Source: Guillardia theta CCMP2712 (taxonomy: Eukaryota; Protista; Cryptophyta). From it: 64,000 nt of DNA. The position numbers were made by a program, and so were the translations under genes. Where the stretch lies: assembly GCF_000315625.1 (NCBI RefSeq), contig NW_005434545.1, forward strand, positions 65,669 to 129,668, in the 5' to 3' direction. The notes below the pieces were generated by a model that saw only the letters and a program-made list of their open reading frames with translations, did not search any database and was not told the DNA's origin. Position 1 is the stretch's first letter, and each line of letters starts with the position of its first letter. Positions 1-12,126 of this stretch are shown here, in pieces.

Positions 1-2
1 CG

Positions 3-2948
3 CTCAAAAGTTACAAACAGGTTCTTCGTTTGAATCCTGCATGCCCTCCTGAAGTTCGCCTGGGCCTTGCTCACTGTTACGCCGCTTTGAAACTAGACGA
101 CTATGCTTTGAAGGCCTTTGAGAGAGTTGTAGAGCTTTCTCCGAACAATGTGGAAGGTCTTGTTGGCCTCGCCATCATCGAGATGAACAGAGATCCTCCA
201 GCCAACTTGACGGAAGAGCAAGAAGGCACCTTCGTTCGTAGGCAAGTTGCCAAGTCGCTCAAATATCTGAAGCGAGCATACCAAAACAATGGAGACCAAA
301 ACGCTGTTGTTCTCAATCACTTGGCCAATCACTATATCATCGGAGAAGAGCTTGAGAAAGCTCACAGCTTGGCTACGATTGCCTACAACACAACTGATGT
401 TAAGAAGATCAAAGCTGAGAGCTGTTATCATATTGCAAGGGTTTACCATCTCAGGAAGGACTTTGATCAGGCGCACAAGTATTACAACCATGCAGTCAGT
501 TTCTGGCCAGACTTCTTGCTTCCTCAATTCGGTTTAGGTCAGACTTTCACGCATTACAACAAGTTCTCAGAGGCGATCCCCTGCCTGGACAAGGTGCTCC
601 AAACCCAGCCGAATAATTACGAAGCACGCAAACTCATGGGCTTTCTGTGCTCCAAGCTCGGGGATACTGAGAAAGCTATTATGCACTTGCGGAAGATCAC
701 AGAGTTTGAAATCGAAAACAAGATTGATGAGGAAGTGTGGATGGAGTTGGCACAACTTCTTGAGAAACAAAATCCTGCAAGATCCCTTCAGCTTTACCAC
801 AAGGCAAGGGAAGTTCTCAAAAGGAAAAAGCTGCCTGTCAACACCAGCATCTTGAACAACATAGCTTCTCTCTACCAGAAACAGGGCGATCATGCTAAGG
901 CCATGAAGTTCTACGAGAAAGCATTGTTCTCGTGTGGAATTCAAGTCGAGCCGGGCAGCGGCACTGTCAAGGTGGTTGAGAGCATTGACTTGAATGATGC
1001 GATGAAGGGCCAGGGTGTCACGATCTTGTACAATTATGCTCGTCTGCAGGAACAGAAGCAACAGCACAATATTGCCTACAACATTTACCAGACGATCATC
1101 AAAGAACGGCCGAACTACATGGATGCCTACCTTCGAATTGCTTCCATTTGCGAGACTCGTGGAAACAATAGGGATGCGTCAACCTGGCTCCTGCTAGCCC
1201 TGCAGGTCAATCCGAATCACGAGGAGACTCTTATCCATCTTGCAAAGCTGGCCATGAAAATCTTGAACTTCTCCCGTGCTCAGAAATACCTGGAAAAGAT
1301 TCTGAGCAGGAACTCGAATCATGCTCTTGCGAATGTGCTTCTTGGCAACATATTCTTTTCTAGCGCGAAACATGACGGAGACAGTCAAGACACAGACAAG
1401 TCTCGAAGTAAGTACGTTCAGTACCTCTCTCGCGCTCTTTCCTTCTATTCTCGAGTGATCGAGAGTGAGGGCGGTACCAACCTCCTCGCCGCCAATGGAG
1501 CCGCCACTGTGATCGGGCAGAGTGGTCGACTTTCCGAAGCAAAGTCCATCTTCGCACATCTGCGCGAGACTGCTCCTCATCAGCTTCCAGATGCCTGGAT
1601 CAACCTTGGACATATCCACTTCCTCCAAGACGAGTTCACTCAGGCCATCAAGATTTACAAGGCGGCGCTGGATAGGTTCTTTGATGGGCACGACGTTGGG
1701 CTCCTGACCTCGATCGCGAAAGCTGAGTTTTATCTCGCGGACAAGGGGAAGACCCTCAAGGCATCCAAGGACTCCAAGGAGGACAAGTTCATCGCCTTCG
1801 ACCGCAACCTGCTCTTCCAGTGCCGCAGAACTCTGCAGAAGGCGATGCATCTGGCCCCTCGTGACTGGTCGCTGCAGTTCAACATGATCTTTGTGTTGTA
1901 CGCCTCCGCTCAGAAAGTGATCGAGGGAGTTCGACAGGCCCACATGGACTACAGCAATCAGAGCCATGAAGATAAGGGTCTGGAAGCCCCCGAGTATACC
2001 AAGAAAGACCTCGAGCAGGTCGGACATGACGTGATGGTCATGCGACGTATCGCCGGCCTCTTGAGCAAGATCGACAGAGAGAATGAATTCCCCAAGGACA
2101 AGAGGCTCAAGTCGGAGCAGTACGAGCAATGGGGAGGGCAAGTGCACGAGCTCCTCCCGACGTACATGGAGGCCGTGGAAGAGATGCAGAGGTCGTATGA
2201 AGAGAAGAAACAAGTGATCCGACTAATGGAAGAGAGGAAAGCGAGGGAGCTTGAGGAGAAGCAGGAGTTGGAGCGACAGAAACGTCTCCAAGAGAGAGAG
2301 AAGTTGGTCCAACGTGCCATGCTGCTGGAGGACCATAAGAACAGGCTGATCAAGGACGACGACTTCTTGAAAGCAAAACCGAAGCAGACGAGAGCGAAGA
2401 AAGAGAGCGAGATGGATGACTTCATCGACGACGAGGCTGGGAGGTCGCGACTCGACAAGAACAAGTTCAAGGCCAAGGGTCAGACGGACGAGACCAAGGA
2501 GCTGATCAAGTGCATGGAGATCTTCCTGGCTCCCTCAGACAACGAGGACGCAGACGACAACGAGGCTGAGGAGATTCAGAACTTCCTGTCAGATGACGAG
2601 GCTCCCGCAAAGGATGAGGAGGAAGAAGACAAGAGGAAGGAGCCCGAGGAGGAGCCGGAGGAGGAGCACAAGGCTCCTCGGAAGCATCGGCGGCTGACCC
2701 ATGGGGGCAGTGATAGCGACGACTCGTCTGAGTCGGAAGTGAAGAACTACAAGAGGCAGGAGAACAACGATTCCTCGGAGCAGGCGGAGGCTCCTGACGG
2801 CACGTCGACTGAGGAAGCGAAGGAAAAGGCGGCGGAGGAGGCGTTCCCAAGGAAGCAGAAGCGGAGAATGGAGCTTGATGAAGACTCGAGCGAGGAGGAG
2901 GCTGGAGAGGCCAAGAAACGTCGCCTCGAAGATGGAGAAGACGATTAG
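3..2948 (+). CDS. CTR9: RNA polymerase-associated protein CTR9 (Paf1 complex), 5' truncated by the window edge
   Basis: The frame is open from position 3 (LKSYKQVLRLNP). It has many TPR repeats, CTR9-type segments NLLAANGAATV and DAWINLGHIHF..AIKIY, then a coiled coil and an acidic/basic low-complexity tail. No intron is visible in this part. Confidence 0.92.
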   Translation, partial: LKSYKQVLRLNPACPPEVRLGLAHCYAALKLDDYALKAFERVVELSPNNVEGLVGLAIIEMNRDPPANLTEEQEGTFVRRQVAKSLKYLKRAYQNNGDQNAVVLNHLANHYIIGEELEKAHSLATIAYNTTDVKKIKAESCYHIARVYHLRKDFDQAHKYYNHAVSFWPDFLLPQFGLGQTFTHYNKFSEAIPCLDKVLQTQPNNYEARKLMGFLCSKLGDTEKAIMHLRKITEFEIENKIDEEVWMELAQLLEKQNPARSLQLYHKAREVLKRKKLPVNTSILNNIASLYQKQGDHAKAMKFYEKALFSCGIQVEPGSGTVKVVESIDLNDAMKGQGVTILYNYARLQEQKQQHNIAYNIYQTIIKERPNYMDAYLRIASICETRGNNRDASTWLLLALQVNPNHEETLIHLAKLAMKILNFSRAQKYLEKILSRNSNHALANVLLGNIFFSSAKHDGDSQDTDKSRSKYVQYLSRALSFYSRVIESEGGTNLLAANGAATVIGQSGRLSEAKSIFAHLRETAPHQLPDAWINLGHIHFLQDEFTQAIKIYKAALDRFFDGHDVGLLTSIAKAEFYLADKGKTLKASKDSKEDKFIAFDRNLLFQCRRTLQKAMHLAPRDWSLQFNMIFVLYASAQKVIEGVRQAHMDYSNQSHEDKGLEAPEYTKKDLEQVGHDVMVMRRIAGLLSKIDRENEFPKDKRLKSEQYEQWGGQVHELLPTYMEAVEEMQRSYEEKKQVIRLMEERKARELEEKQELERQKRLQEREKLVQRAMLLEDHKNRLIKDDDFLKAKPKQTRAKKESEMDDFIDDEAGRSRLDKNKFKAKGQTDETKELIKCMEIFLAPSDNEDADDNEAEEIQNFLSDDEAPAKDEEEEDKRKEPEEEPEEEHKAPRKHRRLTHGGSDSDDSSESEVKNYKRQENNDSSEQAEAPDGTSTEEAKEKAAEEAFPRKQKRRMELDEDSSEEEAGEAKKRRLEDGEDD

Positions 2949-3103
2949 GATCCTCGATCTATACCTCCTCATCCTCCTCCCCCCTTACGAGTTCCTGAAG
3001 AGTCCACAACGACCGATTGAGATTTTAATCTTAAGACCTTGAAATGAAGCCAAGATCGCAACTGCCGAGTCATGCGACAGCCCTCGCTCGCTTCCTCCTC
3101 ATC

Positions 3104-5313
3104 TCAGAATAAGTGTTTCCCCTTGAGCGATTTGCCACCTGCCTTGTCCTGCCGTTTGGCGATCGCCTGCTCGTCCGTTCTCAGCTCGTCCATGTGCTGC
3201 AGCACCCACGTCTTCTTCCGCTCGATCTCGCGCTTCATCCCCTCGTTCGCCTGCTGGGGCTCAGCAAACCTCCCTCCCGCAGCCGCGAGCTTTTCACCTG
3301 GTTCCTTGCGAGAGCCGCGTCCAACTGAGAGAGCTGCGGGCAGTCAGAGGACGAGCAAGGAAGGGAAGAGAGGAGGAGGAGGAGGCAGAACCTGCTGCTG
3401 CGCCAGCTGCATTGCCTGAAAAGCTTTCAGAGCTCCAAAAGGAGGGGAAACGGTCGAGAACGAGGCAGGGGAGGAGAGGAAGAGTAGGTGGCTGTCTTCA
3501 CCTCTCGCGTATGCAGCATCGCAGTCGCCAGGTCTTTCCCCTTGATCCCATCCACCTTGGCCCTGCCACCATCGTGACAACCTGCATCCTCCCCGACCAG
3601 CACGAGAGTCACCGTCCCATCGCCTTCCCGTACGCGACCATGGCTCCTGAGCTGAGCACCTGCGAGGCTTCGGGGGTTCCTGCAGCCACGTCATGCCAGG
3701 ACAAGGATCCCCTACCGCTGACCTGAATTCCACCCCTGCTCATCCTGCAGCTCCCCTGCTCCTCCAGTCAGACCGCCCAGAGGTGAGCGTGGTGGACCTT
3801 CTGCTCTCAGCCGCTGAGCCTCTGACGTCCACTTCTTTCGTCCTCCTCTCCTCCTCTTCCCGCTTCCCTCCTGCCCCATCGATCACTCTCCTTCCCCTCG
3901 TCCCCTCAGCCTCCCACCTCCTCTTCCGTCACTTGCTCCATCTTGTCGTCTGCAAGCCATCAGAGGTCGCCGCCTCCTCCAGCACGCGCACCTGACACGC
4001 CGACCCCCGTCCTGTTCGTCTTCCACTTGGCAAACACAGGGTTCATGATGCCCTCCCCTTCCTTCCCGAGACCGCTTCCATGCACGTACCCCATCCTCCT
4101 CCTGTCAGCACCTTGAGCTTAGCCCTCCTCCTCCACTTCTCCTACATGATGCGACTAGCAACCCCTCTTGTCCCGCTCTCCCACGCTCCGAACGCCTTCG
4201 CAACGGTGAGGAGGAGAGCTGGGGTCCAGCAAGGCCTCACCTTGTCGCCCCTCATGGCAGCAGGCATCGAGAAGATCTCGAACTCTGCCGCCAGTCAGCC
4301 TTCCTCTATCTCCTCTCTTCCTCGCACGTCACCTTGTTCGCTTCCCCTTGCTTGCGATGAGACTGAGGAGAACTGCCCTGCTGTGCTGCTGCTGTGCTCT
4401 GACATGTCGTCCCCGCTGCTGTCTGCTCTCGCTGTCATCGACAGCGATCCGCCCTCCCTCCTCTCCCTCCCTCCTCTCCCTCCTTCTCACCTTCTGCCAG
4501 CGACTTGCTCCTCTCTCTCCCATACCCAGCTTCAGCGTCCAGTCTTCCCAGTCTTCTCTGCAAGTCAGCCAAATTGAGCACGTGACCTCCTCCGCTTGCC
4601 TGCTAAGAAGCTCTTTCTTCCTTTCCTCTAGCAGCTCTTGTTTCCTCCTCTTCCTTTCAGCGTCTGAGATCCGTTCCTCCCCGTCGTCATGCTGTGCAAG
4701 AGGAAGAGAGTGAGGCAGAGAGGAGGAGCCGAGTCCAGAAGCACCTTGTACATGCGCACAGGATTCCTCTGCACTATCATCTCCCTCCTGAGATCTTCGG
4801 GGTCTAACTTTCCTCCTGACGCGAAGTGCTTGCTGAGAAGCTGCTCCTTCGCCCTACGGGATGCCTCCGACGATTCTTTCTCTGGTCGCGGCTTCTTCTT
4901 GTCCCAGGCTTCATTGCTGAACATGTCATCGTCGCTGAGTCCTTGTCAGACGATAAACCTGCTCGAGGCGACAACCATACCTGCTCACCACGTCCTCCTG
5001 CTCCTTTGGTTCAGCTAGTTCCATCCAGATCTTGTCTGCCTTGGCCTTCTCTTCCTCCTTCACAGTCTCGCTCAGAAGGCTGATCGCTTCCCGGAGGTTC
5101 TCTCTGTTGCAAAGGTGAGACAGCGAGGAGGAGGAAGAGGAGGAGAGGTAGACTTGCTCACTTCAACAGCTCCAAGTCTTCTGAGGGCGGCAAGAGAGAA
5201 ACATGAGCCAGTTGCTCTTGATACATCTTGAGGGTGCTCGCGGCGTCCATCGCCTCCCCCTCCTCTCCTTCCTCTCCCTCCCTCTCCTCCTCCCCTCCCT
5301 CCTGTCCTCCCAT
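3104..5313 (-). CDS. Hypothetical multi-exon coiled-coil/low-complexity protein
   Basis: Minus-strand coding-like segments include MGGQEGG..MDAASTLKMYQEQLAH and LSKHFASGGKLDPEDLRREMIVQRNPVRMYK. The terminal exon reads ..EIERKKTWVLQHMDELRTDEQAIAKRQDKAGGKSLKGKHLF* (stop at 3104). The start and internal exons are uncertain. Confidence 0.5.
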
Positions 5314-5470
5314 GCGGATTGCAAGGGGAGGGAATCTCGAGCTCGCCTCAATAAAAGGAATCCGCGCTCGCCTCAGAGTTTCTGCCGTTGAAAACCATGG
5401 CGGACGCTCTGGATGAGCCGCTTCCATCCAGGTACGAGACGGAGGAGGAGGAGGAGGAGGAGGAGGAGGA

Positions 5471-5507
<37 letters not shown>

Positions 5508-5814
5508 CAGATGAATAAGAAGGGGAAGAAGAGGAAGAGGAGATGAAGAATCTGAAGGAGATATGATAAGGGCAAGGTGATGAAGTAAAGGGCGAAAGGA
5601 GGCTGGTAGGGAGAGGGTAGGATGAAGGTGAACGAGCAGGGAGGAAGTAGGATGAGAAATGACAGATGAGTGTAATGTGCAAGTGAGCTGGCAATCAGAA
5701 AGGAGATGTTGCTGCTTGTAGTTGCTCGATGACTTGTGGTTAGAGGCAGATTCCTGTTGACACAGCTGACGATCGTGTTGGTTCAGGTCTAGGGGCGACG
5801 AACCCCCAACAAAT

Positions 5815-8469
5815 ATGGCAAGACAGCAGTTTTTCTTTCCTCGAACGTTTTCAGTTTGCACGATCTTTGAGATGCTACACCTGCAGCCCTACGAGCCTCA
5901 CCTCAAGCAGAGAGTCAGCACAGGCATGCTGGACCGGTTGGTCATCCCTGACACCATCGCATTCCGCAAGGGGTTTCCGGGATACCCCCGATGGTACCTG
6001 ACGTCTGTGGTGGACATGGGGATGATCAAGAGAAAGAACAGCTTCAACGTCACTCCCCGCAAGATCCTTGAAGCCTTCACCATCAAGAAGTCCAGGCAGC
6101 TCGGGCGAGGGAGCTCGGGGATCATCGCGATGCTGATAGAGGACGTGCAGTCGAGCTCATCCATGGCAGGGGAGGAGGAGTTCGGGAAGGTGGTGGTAGA
6201 GTACCTGGATGAGGTCATGCTCAGAGACTTTCTGCAGCACAGAGCAGGGACCTTCAGCGGGATCCTGCAGAAATGGGTGGAACCTAAAGGACCGGCTAAC
6301 AGCATGCTGCATGCTGCCTGGCACAACAACGTGTGCAAGGTCGACAGCGTCACCAACGTGCGATCGCTGAGGGACAGACGATGCTCCATGTACGAACGCG
6401 CCGTCACCTTCGATGGAGGGAGCAGCTTAACTCGCAGAGACCCTGTGCCGCTGCTCCTGCAGAAGGAGCTTCAGGGCCTTTGCTCGAGCATATCGCGACA
6501 CGTGGGGGTGGTGACGGAGCAGAAGGTTAGCGTGTGGGGCATCCAGGGATACTTCAAAGTGAGGGGCGACGGGAAGGTCGTATTCCTGTGGGCAAGCAAC
6601 CTTAAGATCTCCTCCTCCCCCTCCTCCTCTTCGACTTCCTCCTCTGCTGACGCCTCCTTCGGCAACCGCATCTGCTCCCCCACCATGAGCGCCCCGGGGG
6701 AGGTCAACTCTGCAATGAGCACGATCAGGAGCAGGACGTACGTTTGTCCCGTGTCGAACAAGGTGTGCAGGTGGGAGGAAGCGAAGACTTTCATCAGCTA
6801 CAAGATGATCATCTTGGAATGGAACTCGAGGTTTCCCCCAGACAGCCTCTCCCTCGACTTCCGGCCCTCGTCTGCAAGGGTTCTAGAGGGCAGGAGGGCC
6901 CTTGAACCTCCTCCTCCTCCTCCTCCTCCTCGCCCTCTCTCTGCCAGGATCTCCAACCACCGCCCGTTGTCAGCCCGCGTCCTTGTCGACGGGAGAGCAA
7001 CGGAGGGGAAGGGAGCGACGGGGGACGAGCTGCGAACGTTGACGGAGGGCGGGGAGGAACGGCTGAGCGAGCAGAAGTGCATCCCTGAGCTGATCAGGAA
7101 GCTGGAGAACCTGAGCGACGTCAGTCTGTACAAGGCTCGGCTGCGAGATGCGTCCTTCCTCTACAAGCAGGTCAGAGTGTCCGACGAGGTCGCCAAGTAC
7201 TTTGCAAGCTTCGCTCCCTCAGTCGCCTCGCCGCGGGGGAGCAAGAAGAGCTTCGGGCTCGGTCACTTTCTTGACCACGAGCAGGAGCCTCGTCCTGCCA
7301 GCTCCCCTGTCTTCTCCTCTCGCACTCAGAGCACTGAGAGCACCAGCCTCTTCCGCTCCTCGTCGCTGCTGTCCGGGCAGGGAAAGGAGAACGAGAGAGT
7401 AATGGCCGGAACTGAGTTGCAGCACAAGACAACGTTCATCCCTCCGCTCAAGATCCCCCGCCTCGATCGAGCCTCCTCCTCCCTCCCTCTGGACCCCGTC
7501 AGGGTCGCCGATCGCCTCCTCTCCCACCGACAGCAGGCGGCATTGGCGCTGCACCTGCAGCGATTTCGTGGCTCCCGCGAGCAGCCGCCAACAGAAGAGA
7601 AGGAGAGCAGGAGGAAGCGGGAGGGAGGAGGCTGGCGGAGGAGCCACCAAGACTTCTTTATGCTCGAGTCCCTCAAGGCCCGGGTGCCCGAGAGGGTCAA
7701 TGACATCCGGTCGGGAGGATGGAGTGAGAGGAAGGAGAAAGAGGAGAGGAGCGAGGTACTGGTTCCTACAGCACCCAAGGAGCTGAAGAAAGGAGTAGGA
7801 GGTCTGGCGAGTGTGAGAAGGGTTGGGGTGGAGAAGGGGAGGAACGAGGAGGACTTGTACGCGATGCTGGTGCATCATGAAGAACAGGAGCTGCATGAGA
7901 AGGAGAAGCTGAAGCAGTTGATCGCTGAGGCCAGGAGGGACCTGCAGCTCATCGAAGAAAGTCAGTCGATGGAGGACAGCATGGAGAGTGTCGTGATCGG
8001 ACCGATGGAGGACAAGACCGATGAAGAGCATCAGGACAATGAGGAGGACGAGGAGAGGGACGAGGGCGACGACGACGACGACGACGACGACGACAGGGAG
8101 GGAGAGGAAGGGCAAGGAGGTCACAGGAGAGAGGAGGGAGCTCTTGATCCTGACGACTTCGCCTCATCAAGCGACGCGGAAGTTCTTTCAGGCGCGTCCT
8201 TGCGCTCCTTGTCGTCGGGTCAGGTGGACACGGAGGCCTTCACGCGAGAGTTGGAGGAGCGACGGGCGGCAGGCATGGAGAGGGGGAGCGATGTGCCTCC
8301 CCTCGACGAGTTTGTCCTCTCCGCTCTCGAGAGCGTCACCAACCTACCGGCTCACCTTCACCGCGAGCTGATCAACGACCTGCTGCCCGAGCTCGACCCC
8401 TCCGAGCAGAGATACTTCTTCGACATCCTCGCGGATTGCCAGGGGTTTGAGGAGGATCTAGGCGTTTAA
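5815..8469 (+). CDS. Uncharacterised 884-aa protein with a globular N-terminal domain and a disordered/acidic C-terminus
   Basis: Uninterrupted 884-codon ORF. The N-terminal ~330 aa look globular (IPDTIAF..P.WY, GILQKWVEPKG..NSML.A.W). Confidence 0.75.
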   Translation: MARQQFFFPRTFSVCTIFEMLHLQPYEPHLKQRVSTGMLDRLVIPDTIAFRKGFPGYPRWYLTSVVDMGMIKRKNSFNVTPRKILEAFTIKKSRQLGRGSSGIIAMLIEDVQSSSSMAGEEEFGKVVVEYLDEVMLRDFLQHRAGTFSGILQKWVEPKGPANSMLHAAWHNNVCKVDSVTNVRSLRDRRCSMYERAVTFDGGSSLTRRDPVPLLLQKELQGLCSSISRHVGVVTEQKVSVWGIQGYFKVRGDGKVVFLWASNLKISSSPSSSSTSSSADASFGNRICSPTMSAPGEVNSAMSTIRSRTYVCPVSNKVCRWEEAKTFISYKMIILEWNSRFPPDSLSLDFRPSSARVLEGRRALEPPPPPPPPRPLSARISNHRPLSARVLVDGRATEGKGATGDELRTLTEGGEERLSEQKCIPELIRKLENLSDVSLYKARLRDASFLYKQVRVSDEVAKYFASFAPSVASPRGSKKSFGLGHFLDHEQEPRPASSPVFSSRTQSTESTSLFRSSSLLSGQGKENERVMAGTELQHKTTFIPPLKIPRLDRASSSLPLDPVRVADRLLSHRQQAALALHLQRFRGSREQPPTEEKESRRKREGGGWRRSHQDFFMLESLKARVPERVNDIRSGGWSERKEKEERSEVLVPTAPKELKKGVGGLASVRRVGVEKGRNEEDLYAMLVHHEEQELHEKEKLKQLIAEARRDLQLIEESQSMEDSMESVVIGPMEDKTDEEHQDNEEDEERDEGDDDDDDDDDREGEEGQGGHRREEGALDPDDFASSSDAEVLSGASLRSLSSGQVDTEAFTRELEERRAAGMERGSDVPPLDEFVLSALESVTNLPAHLHRELINDLLPELDPSEQRYFFDILADCQGFEEDLGV

Positions 8470-8498
8470 ATAGCATGTGAATACGAGGAGAGGGGATA

Positions 8499-8735
8499 TG
8501 AGAGGTTTGATACAAGTAAAGCTCGTGAGAGGTTTGATACAAGTAAAGCTCGTGAGAGGTTTGATACAAGTAAAGCTCGTGAGAGGTTTGATACAAGTAA
8601 AGCTCGTGAGAGGTTTGATACAAGTAAAGCTCGTGAGAGGTTTGATACAAGTAAAGCTCGTGAGAGGTTTGATACAAGTAAAGCTCGTGAGAGGTTTGAT
8701 ACAAGTAAAGCTCGTGAGAGGTTTGATACAAGTAA
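8499..8735. repeat. 27-bp minisatellite (TGAGAGGTTTGATACAAGTAAAGCTCG), 8 full copies plus a 21-bp partial
   Basis: Identical head-to-tail units with no spacers, lying between two convergent stop codons (8469 and 8749). Confidence 0.97.
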
Positions 8736-8748
8736 GGTTGAGATGTCT

Positions 8749-11700
8749 CTATCTCATGGAGATTCTTCTCTGCAAGTCCCTGCGCAGGCTCAGCAGCCCA
8801 ACGAGCTCTTCCTCCCTGACGTGGCTCGTCTTGGACGGGATGCTCGGCGCTTGCAGGATGGGGAGCTTGACAGCATCGGGGCCTGACACTGAGTTGATGA
8901 AGGAGGCGGCAGACGCTCGCGCATTTCCTGGTCGCTCCAACACCTTGACGTGCTTGCGCTGGGTCTTGTCCGCCTGCTCAGACTCCAGGGATCTCAGCAC
9001 CTTGCCAGGCTTCAGCGACGAGTTGAAATGCTCTGCTGCAAACGCGCGACTGAGAGCCTTCAGCTGCTGCTGGCGATGCAGCAGGAGCAAGTCGACCTCG
9101 TACGAGAAAGGAACAGACGGGAAGTCTTCCTCCGCACCCTGAGGCTGCTGCTGCTTCTTGACAGACTTGGCGGGAGGCTCCGGCGAGGTCGAGAAGGATA
9201 CTCTCCGATCCTTGCGCTCCTGCGTCTTCGCCATGGAAGCCTTTGACTCAGCAAACGAGGTCTCGACTTGCTCTGCTCGCCCGGACGGTCGCTCGTGGTG
9301 GCTCGGGGAGGAGGAGGAGGCATGCAGGTCTTGTCGCCTCTCCTGCCTGCTCTGCATCGGAGACTCCGCGTACTTCTTCTTGCTCTCCAGGTTCCAACTC
9401 TCCGTCATCGTCTCCTGCAAGCGTTCGCTCGCAACATGCGCGGTCTTGCTCAGGTCTGTGGAAGAGAAGGTGGACGACAGTTTCATGCTGCTCAGACTGG
9501 TCGTGCTCGCGATCTCAGGGCCTGCAGTGTCCTCATGTGCTACGATCGGACCCGTCGACTGCTCGAGGGTCGAGGCTGCGAGATCAGCAGAGGGAGCGGA
9601 GGTGAACAAGAGCTGGAGGCTATCGAGGACTCCAGCGAGCAGCTTCAGGTGATCCTTCGCTTCATCCTCGTCCTCCTTGAGCGACAGCGAAGAATTGCTG
9701 GGAGAAGTTTCGCCGGAGAGAGCGAGGTAGCTCTTGTCAAAGTCATCTTTCAGCGCCGCAAACCGCGACATCAGATGGGATAGCTGCTGGGGTTGCATGC
9801 TCGGCTTCTCAGCAGCTCCTCTCACCTGCTCTTCCTCCACCTGCACACGTGCTGCGTCGACCCTCTTGCCTTGGATGCGTCCAGCTGCCTGCTCCTCCTG
9901 AGCTGCTTGCTCCTCCTCAGTCTCCTGATCGTCGACTTGTACCTTGCGCTGCTGCCTCACTCGCTGTCGAAGCCCCGCTGCCTTCATTGCCAGCTGAATC
10001 TTTCCCTCTACTGCCTGAAGCCTCTCGCTGTAGCCCTCGAGGTTTCCTATCGCCAGATCTGACATCTGAGACATGTCTTGTTCGTAAGCATGCAGCATGT
10101 CATGGATCAGCTGTTGTAGCTCAGTACTGCCTTCAGCCTTATCGTCATCTTGTCTTCCTGCCAAGTCGTCGCTACTTTGTACATTTTCGCTTGTTTGAGC
10201 TTCTGCCTCTGACTGCGTCGAAGCATCTTGCATGGAGACTTTGCTGGCTTCCAGTTCCTGCATGAGACGATGTTCCATCTCTTCCTTCTCCTGCTCCAGG
10301 CTCAAGACTCGCAGCCGCATGCGATTCATTTCCGACGATTGAGATTCGAAACAGTCTTGAGCAGAGTCGAAGATGTGAGAGATATCCTCGGTCAGCGCAT
10401 CGATGTGGAAAATACGATCTGTGAGCCCTCTGACATAGAGTCGGAAGCTTTCTAGTCTTGTATGAATATCCTCAGTTTGATCATCGATCTGATCCATACT
10501 CTCAGAGGCCTGCAAGGAAGCAGCTTCTATCTCCTTCAATTCCTCGCAGAGTTTCTTGTGATTGTCTTCCAGCTCGTCTATCACTTGTTGTTTCTCCCTC
10601 ACCTCTCCTTGGTAAACCTGCAACCTTGTCTCCACCTCTTTCATCTCGGCATCTCGCTGCTCCAGCTGGCCTTCAAGAGAGGTCACGTCCCCTCGCAACC
10701 GCGCGATCTCATCGTGCAGCTTCTTCTCGGATTCAGCCATGGAGAGCAGCTCTGCCAGGTCTTCCGTGAGCCTCTTCGTCGCTTCCGTCATGTCGCCTTC
10801 GATCGCGTGGATCTCGTGCACAACCTTTCCCAGCCGCCTCGTCGTCTCTTCTTGTTGAGATCGCAGCGCTACTAGCTCTGCCTTGTGATCCTCTTCTTTG
10901 GTTTGAAACCCGTCAACGACGGCTTGCAGCGCATTCACCTGGTCCGACAGAGCTCTCCGTTCTTTCTCTCGCTCCTCTGCCAGCTGCTTTAAGACGACCA
11001 AGTGAGCTTCCCTTTCTTTCTCTGCTATGTGCTGAATTTGAGATTCCTGCAGCTCATTACTGAATACAAGTTACAAGAGAGCTTGTCGCACCTTCTCCTT
11101 GAGGCCCTTCTGAAGCGCGACTACTTCTTCTGAGAGCTCCTCCATCTTCTTGCTGTAGTTCTGACGGTTTGAGACCACCTCCTGCTTCAGCTCTTGGATC
11201 ATCCCTTCCTTGGCATTGAGATGCTCTTTCTGTTGATTGATGGTAGCTTCGCACGCGTGCAGGTTCTCGTAGACCTGGTTCAGTCGACCATGCATGTCTG
11301 TGTTGAGAGCCTGCTGGCCCATCTTGGACAAGACCGACATGATGGCCGTGAGATCTTCTCGCATCTTCACAACCTTGGGGAACAACTGGCTGATCTCGCT
11401 GTCCTCTGACACTGGCGCGGGGTGAGGGGCGTTCAACAGCTCGTGGTACTGAGACTTGGATGTTACCATTGGCAGAGGCCAGACATTCTCGTAAGTTTCA
11501 AACCACTCGCAGAACTCGGCTAACTGCTCCTCTCGCTCTTCGCCTGGAGAAGCTCGTCACTGTCTCAGCACACCGCAAGTCTCTCACATGACTCGAAGTA
11601 GGAGAAGATCGAGCTGTTCAGAAGCCTCCTGCTGTCTGCCATCCAATCCTTCTCCATCCTCGTCGCCTCCTCGTGCCCATCATCCATGAGATCCGTCGAG

Positions 11701-12126
11701 TTTGCGATCGCCATGTCCACCCGCGACTTCACATCTACCAAGATGTCCATCTGCTGCTGTGCTTGGAACACAAGAGTTCGAGCTCTGTCTTCGCTCAGCC
11801 CGTGCATGTATGAATCTACAATGGTCTTATCGTCTGCATCCGAGTCCTTTCCTTCTGTCTTCTTCAGCGCCTCATCGCGTATTGACTTCAAGATGGTGCT
11901 CTTTCCTCGCTCTTTCGAGTGATTGGGCCCTGAGAACAGCAACGACAGGTGTCAAATCAACCGGCAGGAAGGACATGGTAGCGCTGCACCTTTTCTCATA
12001 TCATCCTTTCGAAGTATCGATTGAAGATGCTTCGTGTTCTTTATGGTAGACATCCCCTTCGTGAACTCCGCTGTCTACAAAAGTTGCGGTCAGAGAGCAT
12101 TAGATCGCTTGTATCACCAACGACAT
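8749..12126 (-). CDS. Large coiled-coil protein, multi-exon
   Basis: ORFs 8749-11001, 11071-11469 and 11565-11942 are heptad-rich and E/Q/K/L-rich, and can be joined by short GT-AG introns. The putative start (MSL) at 12126 is uncertain. Confidence 0.65.

Noticed and set aside
93-2972. Long antisense ORFs over CTR9 (and similarly over the calpain, GT41 and giant membrane genes)
   Set aside because: They are shadow ORFs expected from GC-rich codon usage and show no recognisable motifs.
8499-8735. CRISPR-like array, or the repeat ORFs 8372-8731 and 8477-9142
   Set aside because: The units are contiguous and identical, with no spacers and no cas genes. The ORFs arise because the unit length is a multiple of three.
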